A DNA stretch of 64,000 nt from Eledone cirrhosa (Eukaryota). Of the stretch, positions 28,644 through 42,970 are shown piece by piece. Within the stretch, counting starts at the first letter, position 1, and every line of letters begins with the position of its first letter. The position numbers and the translations under genes are program-made. The notes under the pieces were generated by a model. The model had not been told where the DNA came from. It was given only the letters and a program-made list of their open reading frames with translations, and made no database searches. The stretch is taken from NCBI GenBank assembly GCA_964016885.1, contig OZ024762.1:21576001-21640000 (forward strand). The letters run 5' to 3'.

Positions 28644-29210
28644 TATATGCTAGTGGACCCGTACCAGCAACAATGGCGACTATAGCGTTAAGGTATTTAA
28701 TCTTTAGAGTCCAGGATTGGTTTGTCATATACACCAGGACTAGTGGACCAGTGCCGTTTGTAATGATGGCAATAGCATTAAATGTATTTAATCTTTGGAG
28801 TCCAGGATTGGTTTGTCATATATACCATGACTAGTGGACCAGTGCCGTTTGTAATGATGGCAATAGCATTAAATGTATTTAATCTTTGGAGCCCAGGATT
28901 GGTTTGTCATATACACCAGGACTAGTGGACCAGTGCCGTTTGTAATGATGGCAATAGCATTAAATGTATTTAATCTTTAGAGTCCAGGATTGGTTTGTCA
29001 TATACACCAGGACTAGTGGACCAGTGCCGTTTGTAATGATGGCAATAGCATTAAATGTATTTAATCTTTGGAGTCCAGGATTGGTTTGTCATATATACCA
29101 TGACTAGTGGACCAGTGCCGTTTGTAATGATGGCAATAGCATTAAATGTATTTAATCTTTGGAGCCCAGGATTGGTATGTCATATATACCAGGACAAGTG
29201 GGCCAGTGTC
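28644..29210. repeat. 91-bp minisatellite, ~6 copies
   Basis: tagtggacc recurs at 28741, 28832, 28923, 29014 and 29105. Confidence 0.95.
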
Positions 29211-29558
29211 TGGTCGTAGCATTCGTTCAGAACGCAAAGAGTTGGTAGCAATGATGCGTACACACAAACACACCACCCCCACTAGTCTAATGTGAACGAC
29301 TGCTACGACATAGAATATTCCAGTTAATCGCGCACGGTAAACAACGAAGGCTACGCGTTATCCTTTTTCCGACGCATCGCTTTCTCCTCAGACCCCCTCC
29401 CCCTGCTGATGGATGTGAAATCCGAAATATAGGGACTAATAAATCGCTTCCAGGGTAACTGTATCTCTTGCTGTCTTTTTACGCATTTCTTACCTTCTTT
29501 TACGCTCTCTATGTCTCTTTCTACGCTTCTTCCTACTTCTCTCTCTCTCTCTCTCTCT

Positions 29559-29627
<69 letters not shown>

Positions 29628-30200
29628 TAAGAAACTAAGCAGGCTGTGTGGTTACTATAAACACATGCTAATATGGACGAAACAAGAGAAGAACCCCTTC
29701 ATTAGCTGTGTAACTACACATCATAGGTGTTTCGGCGCTTAAAACAGGGCATAGAAATCGATCAGCAGCGTGCCCAAGGCCTTTTATCGATCAAAGGGCC
29801 ATGAAGGAAAGAAAAGAAAAAATAGTGAAGAGAGAGGAAGAAAGAGGAAAAAGATAAGAGAAAAACACGAAGTAAACAAATCGAATGGAGGGGGGGGGGT
29901 AGGACGATGTTGTTCCGTGTGATCTCAGCAGAGTGTGTGTGTAGAGAGAGAAAGAGAGAGAGAGACGAGCAACCGGAAGTGAGAAGGAGAAGGGATAGGG
30001 AGATAATCCAAAAGCATTTCACGACATGTGTGAAATATGTCGTAAACGATCGAAAACGAGCAGATGGGTAGAGAGAGAGGGGTAGAGAACGAGAGAGATA
30101 GAAGGAGAGAGTCGATATGAAAGCGTGGTGGGACCACAAATCGAGCAAAACAGGTAGAGGGGGGGGGGGGTCACAGCGGTAATACAAAATTAGAAGAAAC

Positions 30201-30232
<32 letters not shown>

Positions 30233-30237
<5 letters not shown>

Positions 30238-30420
30238 ATATAGAAATGCCTTCTGGATGACTAGAACTGTTCCATTCGGGAGAAATCATCAGGAAACCCG
30301 GATTTTCTACCGAATGAAACAGTTCTAGTCCTGTAGAAGCCATTTGTATATTAAATATTTATACTCTGGTATTTATTGAGTACCTTACTAACTGTGGTTA
30401 CCCCCGATTGAACCCGGGAT
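30233..30420 (+). mobile_element. Family B end with diverged inverted arm
   Basis: Arms 30233-30280 / 30310-30358. The minus arm carries CTGATGA. Tail tactctggtatttattgagtac. Confidence 0.7.
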
Positions 30421-30422
30421 AA

Positions 30423-30458
<36 letters not shown>

Positions 30459-30974
30459 TTATACGAGTCAGAATTACAATGATAATTTCTAAAAAATAAA
30501 AAAAAATCCCCCAAACCCAAGATGGTGCATTCAGCTGTGTGATGCAGGAAGTAATTTTACGTTGGTGAAACTATGAAATTACCATCTCGTTGTCAGTTCT
30601 GGGGAAATCCGAACGAATGAATGAATACCTAATGTCATTCAATGAGTCTTCAGTCCTGTGAGAGGGGACACCCCGGCTAAATTATTCCATAGCAATCAGT
30701 CAAGCAATTAAATATTATTTCCCACGCATGCATATTTTACGCTGGACCAATTTATTGTTCTGTTTCTTGTAGTAATTCTGTATAACAACCAATTAACAAA
30801 CACACACACAACACACAAATAAATAAGAACATGAATAATCTCATATGAGAGAACTCCATATTTTCGTTAAAATAACTATTGGACAGAAATTTTGTTTTTT
30901 ATCTTTCCACATTCAGTTCAATTAACGAGGCTAAATTTGAATATTGCCATCATTAGAAATGGACTCGATCTTCT

Positions 30975-31575
30975 TCGGTTTCCACGATGAATGTTCCAGT
31001 TGATTGGTCAATGGAACAATCTACTTGTGAAATTAACATACACTTAAGTGGCTGAGCATTCTACAGACCCGTCTACCCATATCGTAGGTCTCAAGGAGGG
31101 GAGAAAATGTTTCTCGCAGTGTGTGACAACGTTTTGTCGCTTCTGTCAGGAGTTGTGACCGGCATAAAGTATCAGCAATTGGAAGATCAATGGAAACATT
31201 GTTTCCTTGGTCCAATCTAACGACCAGCTCCTTTCTTCTGCCACAGGAATGTTAAAACCAATGGAAACATTGTTTCCTTGGTCCAATCCGACGATCAGTT
31301 CCTTTCTACTACGAGAGTAATGGAAAAACCAATGGAAACATTGTTTCCTTGGTCCAATCTAACGACCAGCTCCTTTCTTCTGTCACAGGAATGTAAAAAT
31401 CAACGGACCAGCTCCTTTCTTCTGCCACAACAAGAGAAAAACTTATACAAATATTGTTTGTTTGGCCAGACCTGACAATCGTCTCAATTCTGTATCCAAG
31501 AGTTGTAACCGTCAGATAGTATTAGCAATGGAAGGAACGATGGAAACACTGTTTCCTTGGTCTGTTCTGACAATA
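30975..31575 (+). mobile_element. Decayed dispersed repeat (probable SINE body/tail) with local tandem copies of caatggaaacattgtttccttggtcc
   Basis: Shares gaaattaac...aagtggctgagcatt with the 37181 array unit, and its tail with 16490-16575. Confidence 0.55.
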
Positions 31576-31679
31576 GTTTTCTTTCACTTGTTGGAACAAT
31601 TGGAATACACACCGTCGAAACTGATGGAAGACCATTTCAGTTCCAGTATTGGGAGGTCTATTCAGTCTTTCTCTCGCTC

Positions 31680-31747
<68 letters not shown>

Positions 31748-32415
31748 CATATCTCCATTTATCTATCAAGCTATCTTACTCTCTTCCTTCTCTTTCTCAC
31801 GAAGAATTCGACTGTCTCCTGACCTGGGGATGAGTGATTTCTACCATGTGTCAGCGCAGCGCCTCTACGACTCCATCAAGAGTTAAGGGTCTATTACACC
31901 TTTTCTTTTCTTATTTACCAGTTAATTTCAATACTGGCGCAAGATGGAATATTTCTCTTGTACAAATTTCTACAATAATTACGTCATTGCTGACGTCAGA
32001 CGTGGTGTTAGGAGTGGGCGGAGCAACAGATGTTTTTTTTTTCTTTTGATGGTTTAGCCTTTGTTGTTTTTAACGTGTTTCATGTTATTTTATACTATTT
32101 ATTTATCTATTTTAGTATTCTACGACAGGACGCTTTTGTTATTTGTCTTTAAGCATAACATCTGATCAGTTTTACTTTGAAATCTGTTACTCTTCATTCT
32201 ATATTCTTCAAGTGGTATTAATATATTTGTGTATAGACGTATATGAAATAGGTATATACATAACATAAGTGCTAAGATTGTGTTTCTTGATCGTGGGGAG
32301 ATAAATAAATAAAACTGATACACAAAAGCAAAAAGAAATTCCTTGATGTTTCGCTTTGGTTTTCTAAACAAAGACTTCTATGTCGAGAAATGTATAGAAA
32401 CCATCAAGTTAAATA

Positions 32416-32553
32416 TGGCGGCGAATTGACAAATACATTGACGGTATAGGATGTAAAATATCTCCTCGGTATTTGTTCAAGCTCACTGTACTCTGAGTTT
32501 AAATTCCACCTATGACAACTTTGCTTTTCATCTTCCCGGGGGTCGATAAAACA
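32416..32553 (+). mobile_element. Decayed family 1 SINE
   Basis: ggcggcgaattg head, ctgagtttaaattcc, ctttgcttttcatcttcccgggggtcgataaaa. Confidence 0.6.
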
Positions 32554-33083
32554 AAGTCTTTCCTCTAAATAGAATAAACAGTATTTCGAACTGGAGATTG
32601 GTGTGTTCTCCCAGGTTTAAATTGATCAGGACTTCCCTATAGGGACGGAGATCCATTCCATTCTATTTCGGACAAAAGAACAAATTTATTGGACAGTAGC
32701 TAATATGTCAAGATATCGTTGAAACAATGAGACAATCACTTAGATATCACGTTTAGATGTGACGATAAATAAATTTACGATTCTAACTACCAGGAGTTAC
32801 AGGACGAGATCGATGTTTTTTTCATGAGTTGTCAATGTCCTTTTTCCTACCATAAATAATCAGTACTGCTGGTTTAGGGTTCACAATAAATATTAGAGTG
32901 AAGGCCTACTATCCTCGTCAAAATCGGTTTGATGTTTAGATTTATTTGAAAGCAAACAAAAAGAACAAAGAGACGATAACAACAAAAAGAAGTCCGTTTG
33001 ATGATTTGTATCTGTGTTTCACGAAGTTGATACTAGAGGTCGTTCTAAGCAGTGATGTCAGATGATACATCTACATCTACCTC

Positions 33084-33166
<83 letters not shown>

Positions 33167-33171
33167 TATCT

Positions 33172-33251
<80 letters not shown>

Positions 33252-33382
33252 GTATATATATATATATGTGTGTGTATGTATGTATGTATGTATGTATGTA
33301 TGTATGTATGTATATATACTACTGTATATCTCAGTCGAGCGGAGATATTTTTTTGACATACTTGTAATTACTTTATCGATTG

Positions 33383-33439
<57 letters not shown>

Positions 33440-33730
33440 ATGTTTATGTATATATATAGTATATATTTATGTATATATAAATATATATATATATTTATAT
33501 ATAGTATGTATGTAGGTATGTGTGTATGTGTGTATATGTATATACATGTGTGTGTGGGGGTGGATGGGTGGGTTTGTTACGTCTATTTTCGCTTATAAGT
33601 ACATTTACATCTATACGCCTACACACACAATATATACTTGCATGCATATATGATGATATATCAGATGATGGCAGGAACTATGTTTATACATTTCTATATG
33701 AATATATACACTTCTCTGCGTATGTATACG

Positions 33731-33805
<75 letters not shown>

Positions 33806-33826
33806 ATAATAATAAATTTGAAGACT

Positions 33827-33881
33827 AAAGTTTCAGAAGATACCGTTAAGGGTGAAAGCAGCCATTATTTGCTTAAACTTT
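33827..33881 (+). ncRNA. Hammerhead-like fold with variant core CAGAAGA (family D)
   Basis: Stem I aaagttt/aaacttt; CAGAAGA; stem II acc/ggt; GAAA; stem III gcag/ttgc; TT. Family fragments at 2181, 2765, 9813, 21735 and 55423. Confidence 0.45.
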
Positions 33882-33903
33882 AATCTGTTATTTTAATAAA
33901 TAA

Positions 33904-33939
<36 letters not shown>

Positions 33940-33941
<2 letters not shown>

Positions 33942-34092
33942 CGAAGGAAGTGTGGTAAGGAACCAGATGGACCATAACGCACCAGAGTACTCAATACTTA
34001 GGGTAGTAGAGTGTGTAATAGGAAAATGCTTAACCCCGACGGCAGAGCTCAAGCCGTTTCGACGGCTATTTCTGAGTCCAGAAATAGCCGTC
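33940..34092 (-). mobile_element. Family A end, non-inverted copy
   Basis: Matches 1980-2132; lies downstream of the RLE ORF on the same strand. Confidence 0.8.
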
Positions 34093-34164
34093 GCAACCAC
34101 AGTTAAAAAATATACTAAATACATTGGTAGAATTGTTGTTGTCTTCCTGTTTCTTCTACAACAA

Positions 34165-34640
34165 CTACAACGGTACGCGATGGGCCCCACCCGCAGCCCC
34201 GGCGGACAGAATGGAGAAGGCGTTTTCCCGGAGGACGGCAAGGGAGACGCGCTGGAAAAGCCACTCCATCTCGCGGGGCTCACACCTTCGGCTGGCCAGC
34301 TCAGCGCCTATGGTGGTGATAAAGGAGGTAGCCCTGGGGCCGAGGACACCAGAAGTCTCCACTGCCAGGCAAACGACCGCAAACCTGTCGCAGATCGACC
34401 GGTATTTGAGGAGTTTGGCCCCCTCAGCCCGACGTGCAGCAGAACCTGGGTCAGTTGCAGACTGCAGCAGAACCTGGGTCAGTCGCAGACTGCAGCAGGT
34501 TGCGGCTTCAGAAAGTGTCGGTGCAAGTGGCATCCCAGACGAGGGGTTTGCCACCGCGGAACGGGAAGATGGTCAGGCCATCTGGCCTTTTGCCGTCCCC
34601 TCGATCCAGCCCAACCGGCTCGAGCTGGGACGGGAGAATA
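34165..34640 (-). pseudogene. C-terminal restriction-like endonuclease domain of a CRE-type (R2-group) non-LTR retrotransposon, disrupted
   Basis: Minus-strand translation [38 protein letters not shown], then (after a stop/frameshift and a ~27-bp duplication) GSAARRAEGAKLLKY...AVETSGVLG...LFQRVSLAVLRENAFSIL. These match the RPD..D / AE..K..KY / ETxG / QRxSxA RLE motifs. GC-rich relative to the flanks. Confidence 0.85.
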
Positions 34641-34656
34641 TAGGTGTCAGTATTAT

Positions 34657-34842
34657 ATGGATTGGCAGTATCGGTAGAGGGTCGGACGCCATGCTTTCCA
34701 GCATAGTTACGTCCCTTTACGTTCTGAGTTCAAATCCCGCCGAGGTTGACTTTACCTTTCATCCTTACGGGGTCGATAAAATAAAGTACCGGTAATGCAC
34801 TGGGTAATTGCTGGCCTTGTGCCTAAATTAGAAACAAGTATT
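34657..34842 (+). mobile_element. Family 1 SINE
   Basis: Full head, B box gagttcaaatccc, centre and tail. Confidence 0.85.
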
Positions 34843-34943
34843 ATATATATATATAGAAATAACTACTACAGGACTAGAACTGTTTCATTCGTATAAAATC
34901 AACAGAAATATGCATTCCTTATGATTTCATACGAGAAAACAAG

Positions 34944-35017
<74 letters not shown>

Positions 35018-35195
35018 GCTCTCTCTCTCAACACGCACACACGTACATATATATATATATATATACTTACGTATATATCTTTATATATGTTCGTTTATAC
35101 CCGATGCCAGCGGCAACAATAGACCAAAATCGCTGGTGTTCTATTGAGGATGAAAGCTAGAGTTGTTGCGTGACAATGTACACAAAGGTACGCCT

Positions 35196-35238
<43 letters not shown>

Positions 35239-35287
35239 TCATATATATATACATCTATATATGGCACTTGATGTATCATCAACACGT

Positions 35288-35322
<35 letters not shown>

Positions 35323-35329
<7 letters not shown>

Positions 35330-35364
35330 TATACATACATACTTACATACATATATACATACAG

Positions 35365-35425
<61 letters not shown>

Positions 35426-35460
35426 TATACATACATACTTACATACATATATACATACAG

Positions 35461-35545
<85 letters not shown>

Positions 35546-35580
35546 TATACATACATACTTACATACATATATACATACAG

Positions 35581-35641
<61 letters not shown>

Positions 35642-35676
35642 TATACATACATACTTACATACATATATACATACAG

Positions 35677-35755
<79 letters not shown>
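35323..35755. repeat. Higher-order tandem: ~44-bp unit plus variable (TA)n, 4 copies
   Basis: aattatatacatacatacttacatacatatatacatacagatac recurs four times. Confidence 0.85.
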
Positions 35756-35758
<3 letters not shown>

Positions 35759-35835
35759 TATATATAATTGAAAAAGTGAAGAATAACATTTTCGACAGTA
35801 CAAACAAGGAGATTTATTTGCAGTCTAACAATTGT

Positions 35836-35899
<64 letters not shown>

Positions 35900-36096
35900 G
35901 TTGTGGTAAGGAACCAGATGGACCATAACGCACCAGAGTACTCAATACTTAGGGTAGTAGAATGGGTAATAGGAGAAAGTATGACCCCGACGGCAGAGCT
36001 CAAGCCGTTTCGCTGGCTATTTCTGGACTCTCTTTCAGTCCAGTAATAGCCGTCGAAACGGCTTAAGCTCTGCCGTCGGGGTCATACTTTCTCCTA
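35900..36096 (-). mobile_element. Family A palindromic copy
   Basis: Same structure as 1940-2132 in the opposite orientation, with a longer central loop. Confidence 0.8.
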
Positions 36097-36129
36097 TATA
36101 CATACACACACACACATATAAATTATATA

Positions 36130-36775
<646 letters not shown>

Positions 36776-36884
36776 CATATATACATAGTTGTATGATGCA
36801 ACACTGAATCCTTGTTCCTTAGCCTTATAGTACATATATACATTCATATATATATGTGTATGTGTGTGTGTGTGTGTGTACATA

Positions 36885-36942
<58 letters not shown>

Positions 36943-37180
36943 ACAGATTTAGACGTCATACACTTGAAATATTTATTTGGACATGCAGAATCTGTTGTGA
37001 TCAGTTAGTACATGAAGTTAGTGGGCGAGTAACGAAGCGAGGAAAATACTATATCTGACTTTGATAGAGTAGATTAGTGGGCGTCTGAGGTGACTGAGAT
37101 ACATTATTCCCACATCTACAAATATAATAAATATGGCTGCCACCGTGTACACACAGCAACCATGTCAAAAGATTATTGAC

Positions 37181-38210
37181 GACTATTAAAGTGTATCTAA
37201 AGTAAAAGTTGATTTCGACGATGAGGCATTCGACTGTTCGATCAGTGTAAAAGGTTTCTCCTTAAATTAGCATATAAGTGGCTGAGTATTCCACACAGAA
37301 AAACCCGTTTATATCAAAAAATGACTATTAATGTGTATCTAAAGTAAAAGGCCCTCCGTTGATTTCGACGATGAGGCATTCGGCTGTTCGATCAGCGTAA
37401 AAGGTTTCTCCTTGAATTAGCATATAAGTGGCTGAGTATTCCACACAGAAAAACCCGTTTATATCAAGAGATGACTATTAATGTGTATCTAAAGTAAAAG
37501 GCCCTCCGTTGATTTCGACGATGAGGCATTCGGCTGTTCGTTCGATCAGCGTAAAAGATTTCTCCTTAAATTAGCATATAAGTGGCTGAGTATTCCACAC
37601 AGAAAAACCCGTTTATATCAAAAAATGACTATTAATGTGTATCTAAAGTAAAAGGCCCTCCGTTGATTTCGACGATGAGGCATTCGGCTGTTCGATCAGC
37701 GTAAAAGGTTTCTCCTTAAATTAGCATATAAGTGGCTGAGTATTCCACACAGAAAAACCCGTTTATATCAAAAAATGACTATTAATGTGTATCTAAAGTA
37801 AAAGGCCCTCCGTTGATTTCGACGATGAGGCATTCGGCTGTTCGATCAGCGTAAAAGGTTTCTCCTTAAATTAGCATATAAGTGGCTGAGTATTCCACAC
37901 AAAAAACCCGTTTATATCAAAAAATGACTATTAATGTGTATCTAAAGTAAAAGGCCCTCCGTTGATTTCGACGATGAGGCATTCGGCTGTTCGATCAGTG
38001 TAAAAGGTTTCTCCTTAAATTAGCATATAAGTGGCTGAGTATTCCACACAGAAAAACCCGTTTATATCAAAAAATGACTATTAATGTGTATCTAAAGTAA
38101 AAGGCCCTCCGTTGATTTCGACGATGAGGCATTCGGCTGTTCGATCAGCGTAAAAGGTTTCTCCTTGAATTAGCATGTAAGTGGCTGAGTATTCCACACA
38201 GAAGAACACG
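37181..38210. repeat. 150-bp minisatellite, ~7 copies
   Basis: gactatta recurs at 37181, 37323, 37473, 37627, 37777, 37926 and 38076. Confidence 0.95.
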
Positions 38211-38400
38211 TTTAGAACCCTAAATGTAATTCTACCTTCGAAACCATCAACAAGAAGAACAACGTGATAGGAGAGCGGGCAAGTCTTTCTAACGGATTGA
38301 CCCCATGTCGCTCCAAACAAATATTACTGTGTTTCTTTTTTCCTGTAAATGTAATTAGAATTACGTTAAAGATACACGTGCCTGTGAAATACTTAGACTA

Positions 38401-38887
38401 TAATTGTTTCTACTTTTGGCACAAGGCCAGCAATTATCCCAGTGTATTACTGGCACTTTATTTTATCGACCTCGTAAGGATGAAAGGCAAAGTGAACCTA
38501 CGGCTGGATTTGAACTCAGACCATAAAGGGTCTGTGGAATACATATACATATATATATGTGTGGATGTGGGGGGTGTCTGTGTGTGTGTATGTATGTATA
38601 TATATGTATATATGTACATATCTGTTGTAGCTATGAGATATATAATTTATTTTTACTTTTTCACCACTTAGACTTTGTTTTCATTTCATTATATAGAATT
38701 GGTGGATTGGCAGTATCGGTAGAGTGTCGGACGCCATGCTTTGCAGTATAGTTACGTCCCTTTACGGTCTGAGTTCAAATCCCGCCGAGGTTGACTTTGC
38801 CTTTCATCCACACAGAGGTCGATAAAATAAAGTACCAGTAATGCACTGGGTACTTGCTGGCCTTGTGCCAAAAGTAGAAACAATTAT
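38401..38887. mobile_element. Divergently oriented family 1 SINE pair (38401-38531 minus, 38700-38887 plus)
   Basis: Both match the family 1 consensus. Confidence 0.8.
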
Positions 38888-38962
38888 ATATATGTATATA
38901 TATATATATAAATGGAAAAAAATGAAACGAAATTTCATTTCACACTCTTAGTACGGCTGTTA

Positions 38963-38998
<36 letters not shown>

Positions 38999-39045
38999 CA
39001 TATATATATATATATATTTATATATATTTATATATATATATATAC

Positions 39046-39111
<66 letters not shown>

Positions 39112-39162
39112 ATATATATATATGTGTATATATATATATATGTATATATATACATATATATG

Positions 39163-39203
<41 letters not shown>

Positions 39204-39801
39204 ATATATATATGTATGTATATATATATATGTGTGTGTATTTATACGTCTGAGTGTGTGTATATGTGTGTGTTTTTATACGTGTGTGTGTGTATCTGTT
39301 TCTTGCCAGTTTTCTCTTTAAGCTGTATTTAAAATCATTATTACTTTTGTTAAAAATCATTTTGAATTCTTTACACAGACTGAAGTCGGAGTTTTTCGCT
39401 TGGAGGGAAATTATACCTGTCTTGACTTAGAAATCAAGGGAAAGATTATATTATGGTAATTGGTTTGGTGTATGATGGTGGTGATGGTGTGTAGGGGGTG
39501 GGGGGGGGGGCAGTGTGAAGTGTGTAGGTGGTGGTGGGATGTGAAGGGGTGTAGCTGGTGGCGGCGGTGTGTGAAACGGTGTAGCTGATGGTGGTGGCGG
39601 GTGGAGGGGAGAATGTGTGTGGGTGGGTTGGGGGAGTGGGAGGTGCGTGAGTGGTGATGGGGGGGGGGGGAGTGTAAAGGGATGTATGCCAGCTGACAAC
39701 GGGTTTATTTTGGGGCCAATATTTCCTTTAAGAAGAAAAAAAAAATCAATTTGCCATTCGTAAAATATAAGAAGAGAAAGAAAGAAAGAAAGCACCAGTA
39801 A

Positions 39802-39832
<31 letters not shown>

Positions 39833-40343
39833 GGTGGTGGTGGTAGAAGAAGAAGAACAACGACAAACAACAACAACAAGAACGACGACGACGACAACAG
39901 CAAGGTCGACAACAACAACAGTGGCCTCGATCTCACCGCCATTAGACGGTCTGCAAAACCTGCGAAGGTCATAAATGCAGATCGTTTCTCCGAACCAAAC
40001 AATGAAATTAAAAAAAAAAAAAAAAAAATTATTTTTCAATGTATAACACGAAAAAATCTAAGACAAACTTAATTCAAATACATAACTTTAAAGAGGACTG
40101 TCCCCAAGGTTTGTCTGCTCGAAAGTGGATGATTTGGAACATTGTAAGATGACATTCTAATTCGCAATGATTCTGAGGTGAAGTTTCCGAATAAACATAT
40201 CACCCTAAAACCTTCTATATATATGGGCCGCCATTGCAAACTAGAAAAGTGGTGGGGTGGGCGTGACAGTGCTGATTAGTGTCCTTCATCCCTGGCCACA
40301 TACTTGCCGACCGACCCGGGTCTCTGAAAATTAAGTGAAATAA

Positions 40344-41135
40344 TAATTGTTTCTACATTTGGCACAAGGCCAGCAATCACCCAGTACATTACTGGTACTT
40401 TATTTTATCGACCCCCGTAAGGATGAAAGGCAAAATTAAGTGAAATAATAATGTGTTTTAAACATTTCATTTGAACTTCTCTCTAGTTAAAATTTCACAT
40501 CCTTCTACTTCACAATCAAATACATACACGTAAATAAATAAATAAATAAATAAATAGAAAAACAAAGACTTTAAGCAGAAATCCGGATTAGTAAAATGAA
40601 AATGTCAAGATTTCACAACTAAAGAAATATTCTTATATAGAAACCTCGGCCATTTTTTAAGATTCATGTTTCAATAGAAATCGATTAAATACCGAAAGCC
40701 GGAGCGTTTCAATGACACAAGTGTCGCTATAAATGTCCCCAGAGAGCATTGATATTAAACTTCATCTACAATGAAAGCCAAACTATTTTTAACGACACAA
40801 ATATTAATATGAACCTAATGATATTAACATAGATGGTAAATATAAATAACAAAAGGTGAGATAGTCTTAATCATTTTAAAATACCGTTTAATACGCTATG
40901 AACATTGAAATGGATTGTAAAATTGATTGGGTTTTTTACTATAATAATTGTTTCTACTTTTGGCACAAGGCCATCAACTACCCAGTGCATTACTGGTACT
41001 TTATTTTATCGACCCCCGTAAGGATGAAAGGCAGTGTTAAACTTGACGTGAATTGAACTCAGAATGGCAAGGGCCGAAACTCTATGCGTCAAAGCATGGA
41101 GTCTGATCCTCTACCGATACTGTCAATCCACCGCC
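40344..41135 (-). mobile_element. Family 1 SINEs (partial 40344-40435; full 40944-41135)
   Basis: Match to family 1. Confidence 0.75.
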
Positions 41136-41369
41136 CCAGTTTCTTACTATAATAATATCCTTGCGTTGACGCCGGCTGCATGGTCAAATAGTTAAAGAGT
41201 TTGATTTACAATCACCAGGTCTCGGGTTCGATCCAATTGCGTGGTATTCTAGATAAGTGTTATTTTCTATAGCGTCGAGTCTATAGCCATTGTGAATGAC
41301 ATTAAACAAAGAGTAACTGTTTTGAAGCCTGTCGATTGAACTGTATCAGTTATTCAAAGGACCGAATGA

Positions 41370-42100
41370 ATTGAGAGATCACAGCTCCTATACTATAGGC
41401 ATGTGGTTAGAATGTCTCAGGAAAGAATCACTGGACAGATTTGTAGCTCAGAGATCAGAGAGTCACTCCAGGTAGAGCCGCTTCTTCTCTGAACTGAGAG
41501 ATCACAGCTCCGATACTATAGGCATGTGGTTAGAATGTCTCAGGAAAGAATCACTGGACAGATTTGTAGCTCAGAGATCAGAGAGTCACTCCAGGTAGAG
41601 CCGCTTCTTCTCTGAACTGAGAGATCACAGCTCCGATACTATAGGCATGTGGTTAGAATGTCTCAGGAAAGAATCACTGGACAGATTTGTAGCTCAGAGA
41701 TCAGAGAGTCACTCCAGGTAGAGCCGCTTCTTCTCTGAATTGAGAGATTACAGCTCCGATACTATAGGCATGTGGTTAGAATGTCTCAGGAAAGAATCAC
41801 TGGACAGATTTGTAGCTCAGAGATCAGAGAGTCACTCCAGGTAGAGCCGCTTCTTCTCTGATACTATAGGCATGTGGTTAGAATGTCTCAGGAAAGAATT
41901 GCTGGACAGATTTTACAGGCAAAACCAACCGGCAGGAGACCCAGGGTTAGACTCCGAACAAAATGGTTGGATAACATCCACGAGCTTGTGGATCCAAACC
42001 GATCAGTTGCTTCTGACAAGACCCGCTGGAAGGAGTTGTTTGCGGGCTCTGTCCCCACGACCCTCTCGGGAATAAGTGGGCGAAGGAGAAGATTCGGATC
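41370..42100 (+). mobile_element. RTE-clade LINE 3' ORF remnant with a 123-bp segment amplified ~4 times
   Basis: Translation LQVEPLLL..ERSQLRYYRHVVRMSQERIAGQILQAKPTGRRPRVRLRTKWLDNI resembles the RTE C-terminus. Period 123 (41373, 41496, 41619, 41742). Confidence 0.8.
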
Positions 42101-42480
42101 TACCTAGGCCCTGTGAGTGAAAGTCCGTCGGGTGGACGACTTCTGTAGCTGTAATTCAAAGAGCCATCTTTGTCACACATCCTTTGCCATACTGAATCTC
42201 TTAGACTATTACGTCAAGAAGAAAAACGAATGAAGGAGCAGTAGGAGACGAGGAAGACAGAAGACAAAAGAAGTGGGTGAAAAATGTGTTTTTTATGCAA
42301 GAGTGTGAATACACCGGAGTAAAATAAGTTCAGCTTACACAATCGAATCAGATGTACATTTATCAATGTGGCATTCAATTTGGCTCTTTTAAAATCAGAA
42401 AATAGGAAATACAATTATTATAACGATTTCTAGATTTGTCCATCAGTATTTTTTATACAGTTGAATGTATGTGTTTTATA

Positions 42481-42555
<75 letters not shown>

Positions 42556-42577
42556 ATATATTGGAAAAGTAAAAAAC

Positions 42578-42924
42578 AATGTATGTGTGTGGGCATCCAT
42601 GGGGCGCATGTGTGCGTTAGAGTGTGTGTATGTGCGTTAGTGTGTGCGTATGTTAGTGTGTCTGTGCGTTAGTGTGTGTGTATGTTAGTGTGTCTGTGTG
42701 TATGTGCGTTAGTGTGTGCGTATGTTAGTGTGTGTGTGTGACGGACCTCCGTCGATTGTTCGAACTTCAAGGAACAGCTTGTCCATTAAATTTAGCGTGG
42801 TGGCGCTAGTGAGACAGGAGAAAGTAACTCAGGTAGTCAAATGGCGTGAATTTAAAGAACTACAGTATGTGGTAAAATAAAATAAATTAAAATAAAGTAA
42901 GTAAATAAATAAATATATCAAATC
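42578..42924. repeat. Left arm of a near-identical inverted duplication (partner 45552-45878)
   Basis: Unique core gacggacctccgtcgattg...cagtatgtggtaaaa is the reverse complement of about 45596-45732 with about 1 mismatch. Confidence 0.9.
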
Positions 42925-42939
42925 ATATATATATATGCG

Positions 42940-42970
<31 letters not shown>

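Noticed and set aside
33952-34795. Plus-strand 241-aa and 223-aa ORFs
   Set aside because: Shadow frames of the GC-rich minus-strand RLE fragment plus SINE sequence.
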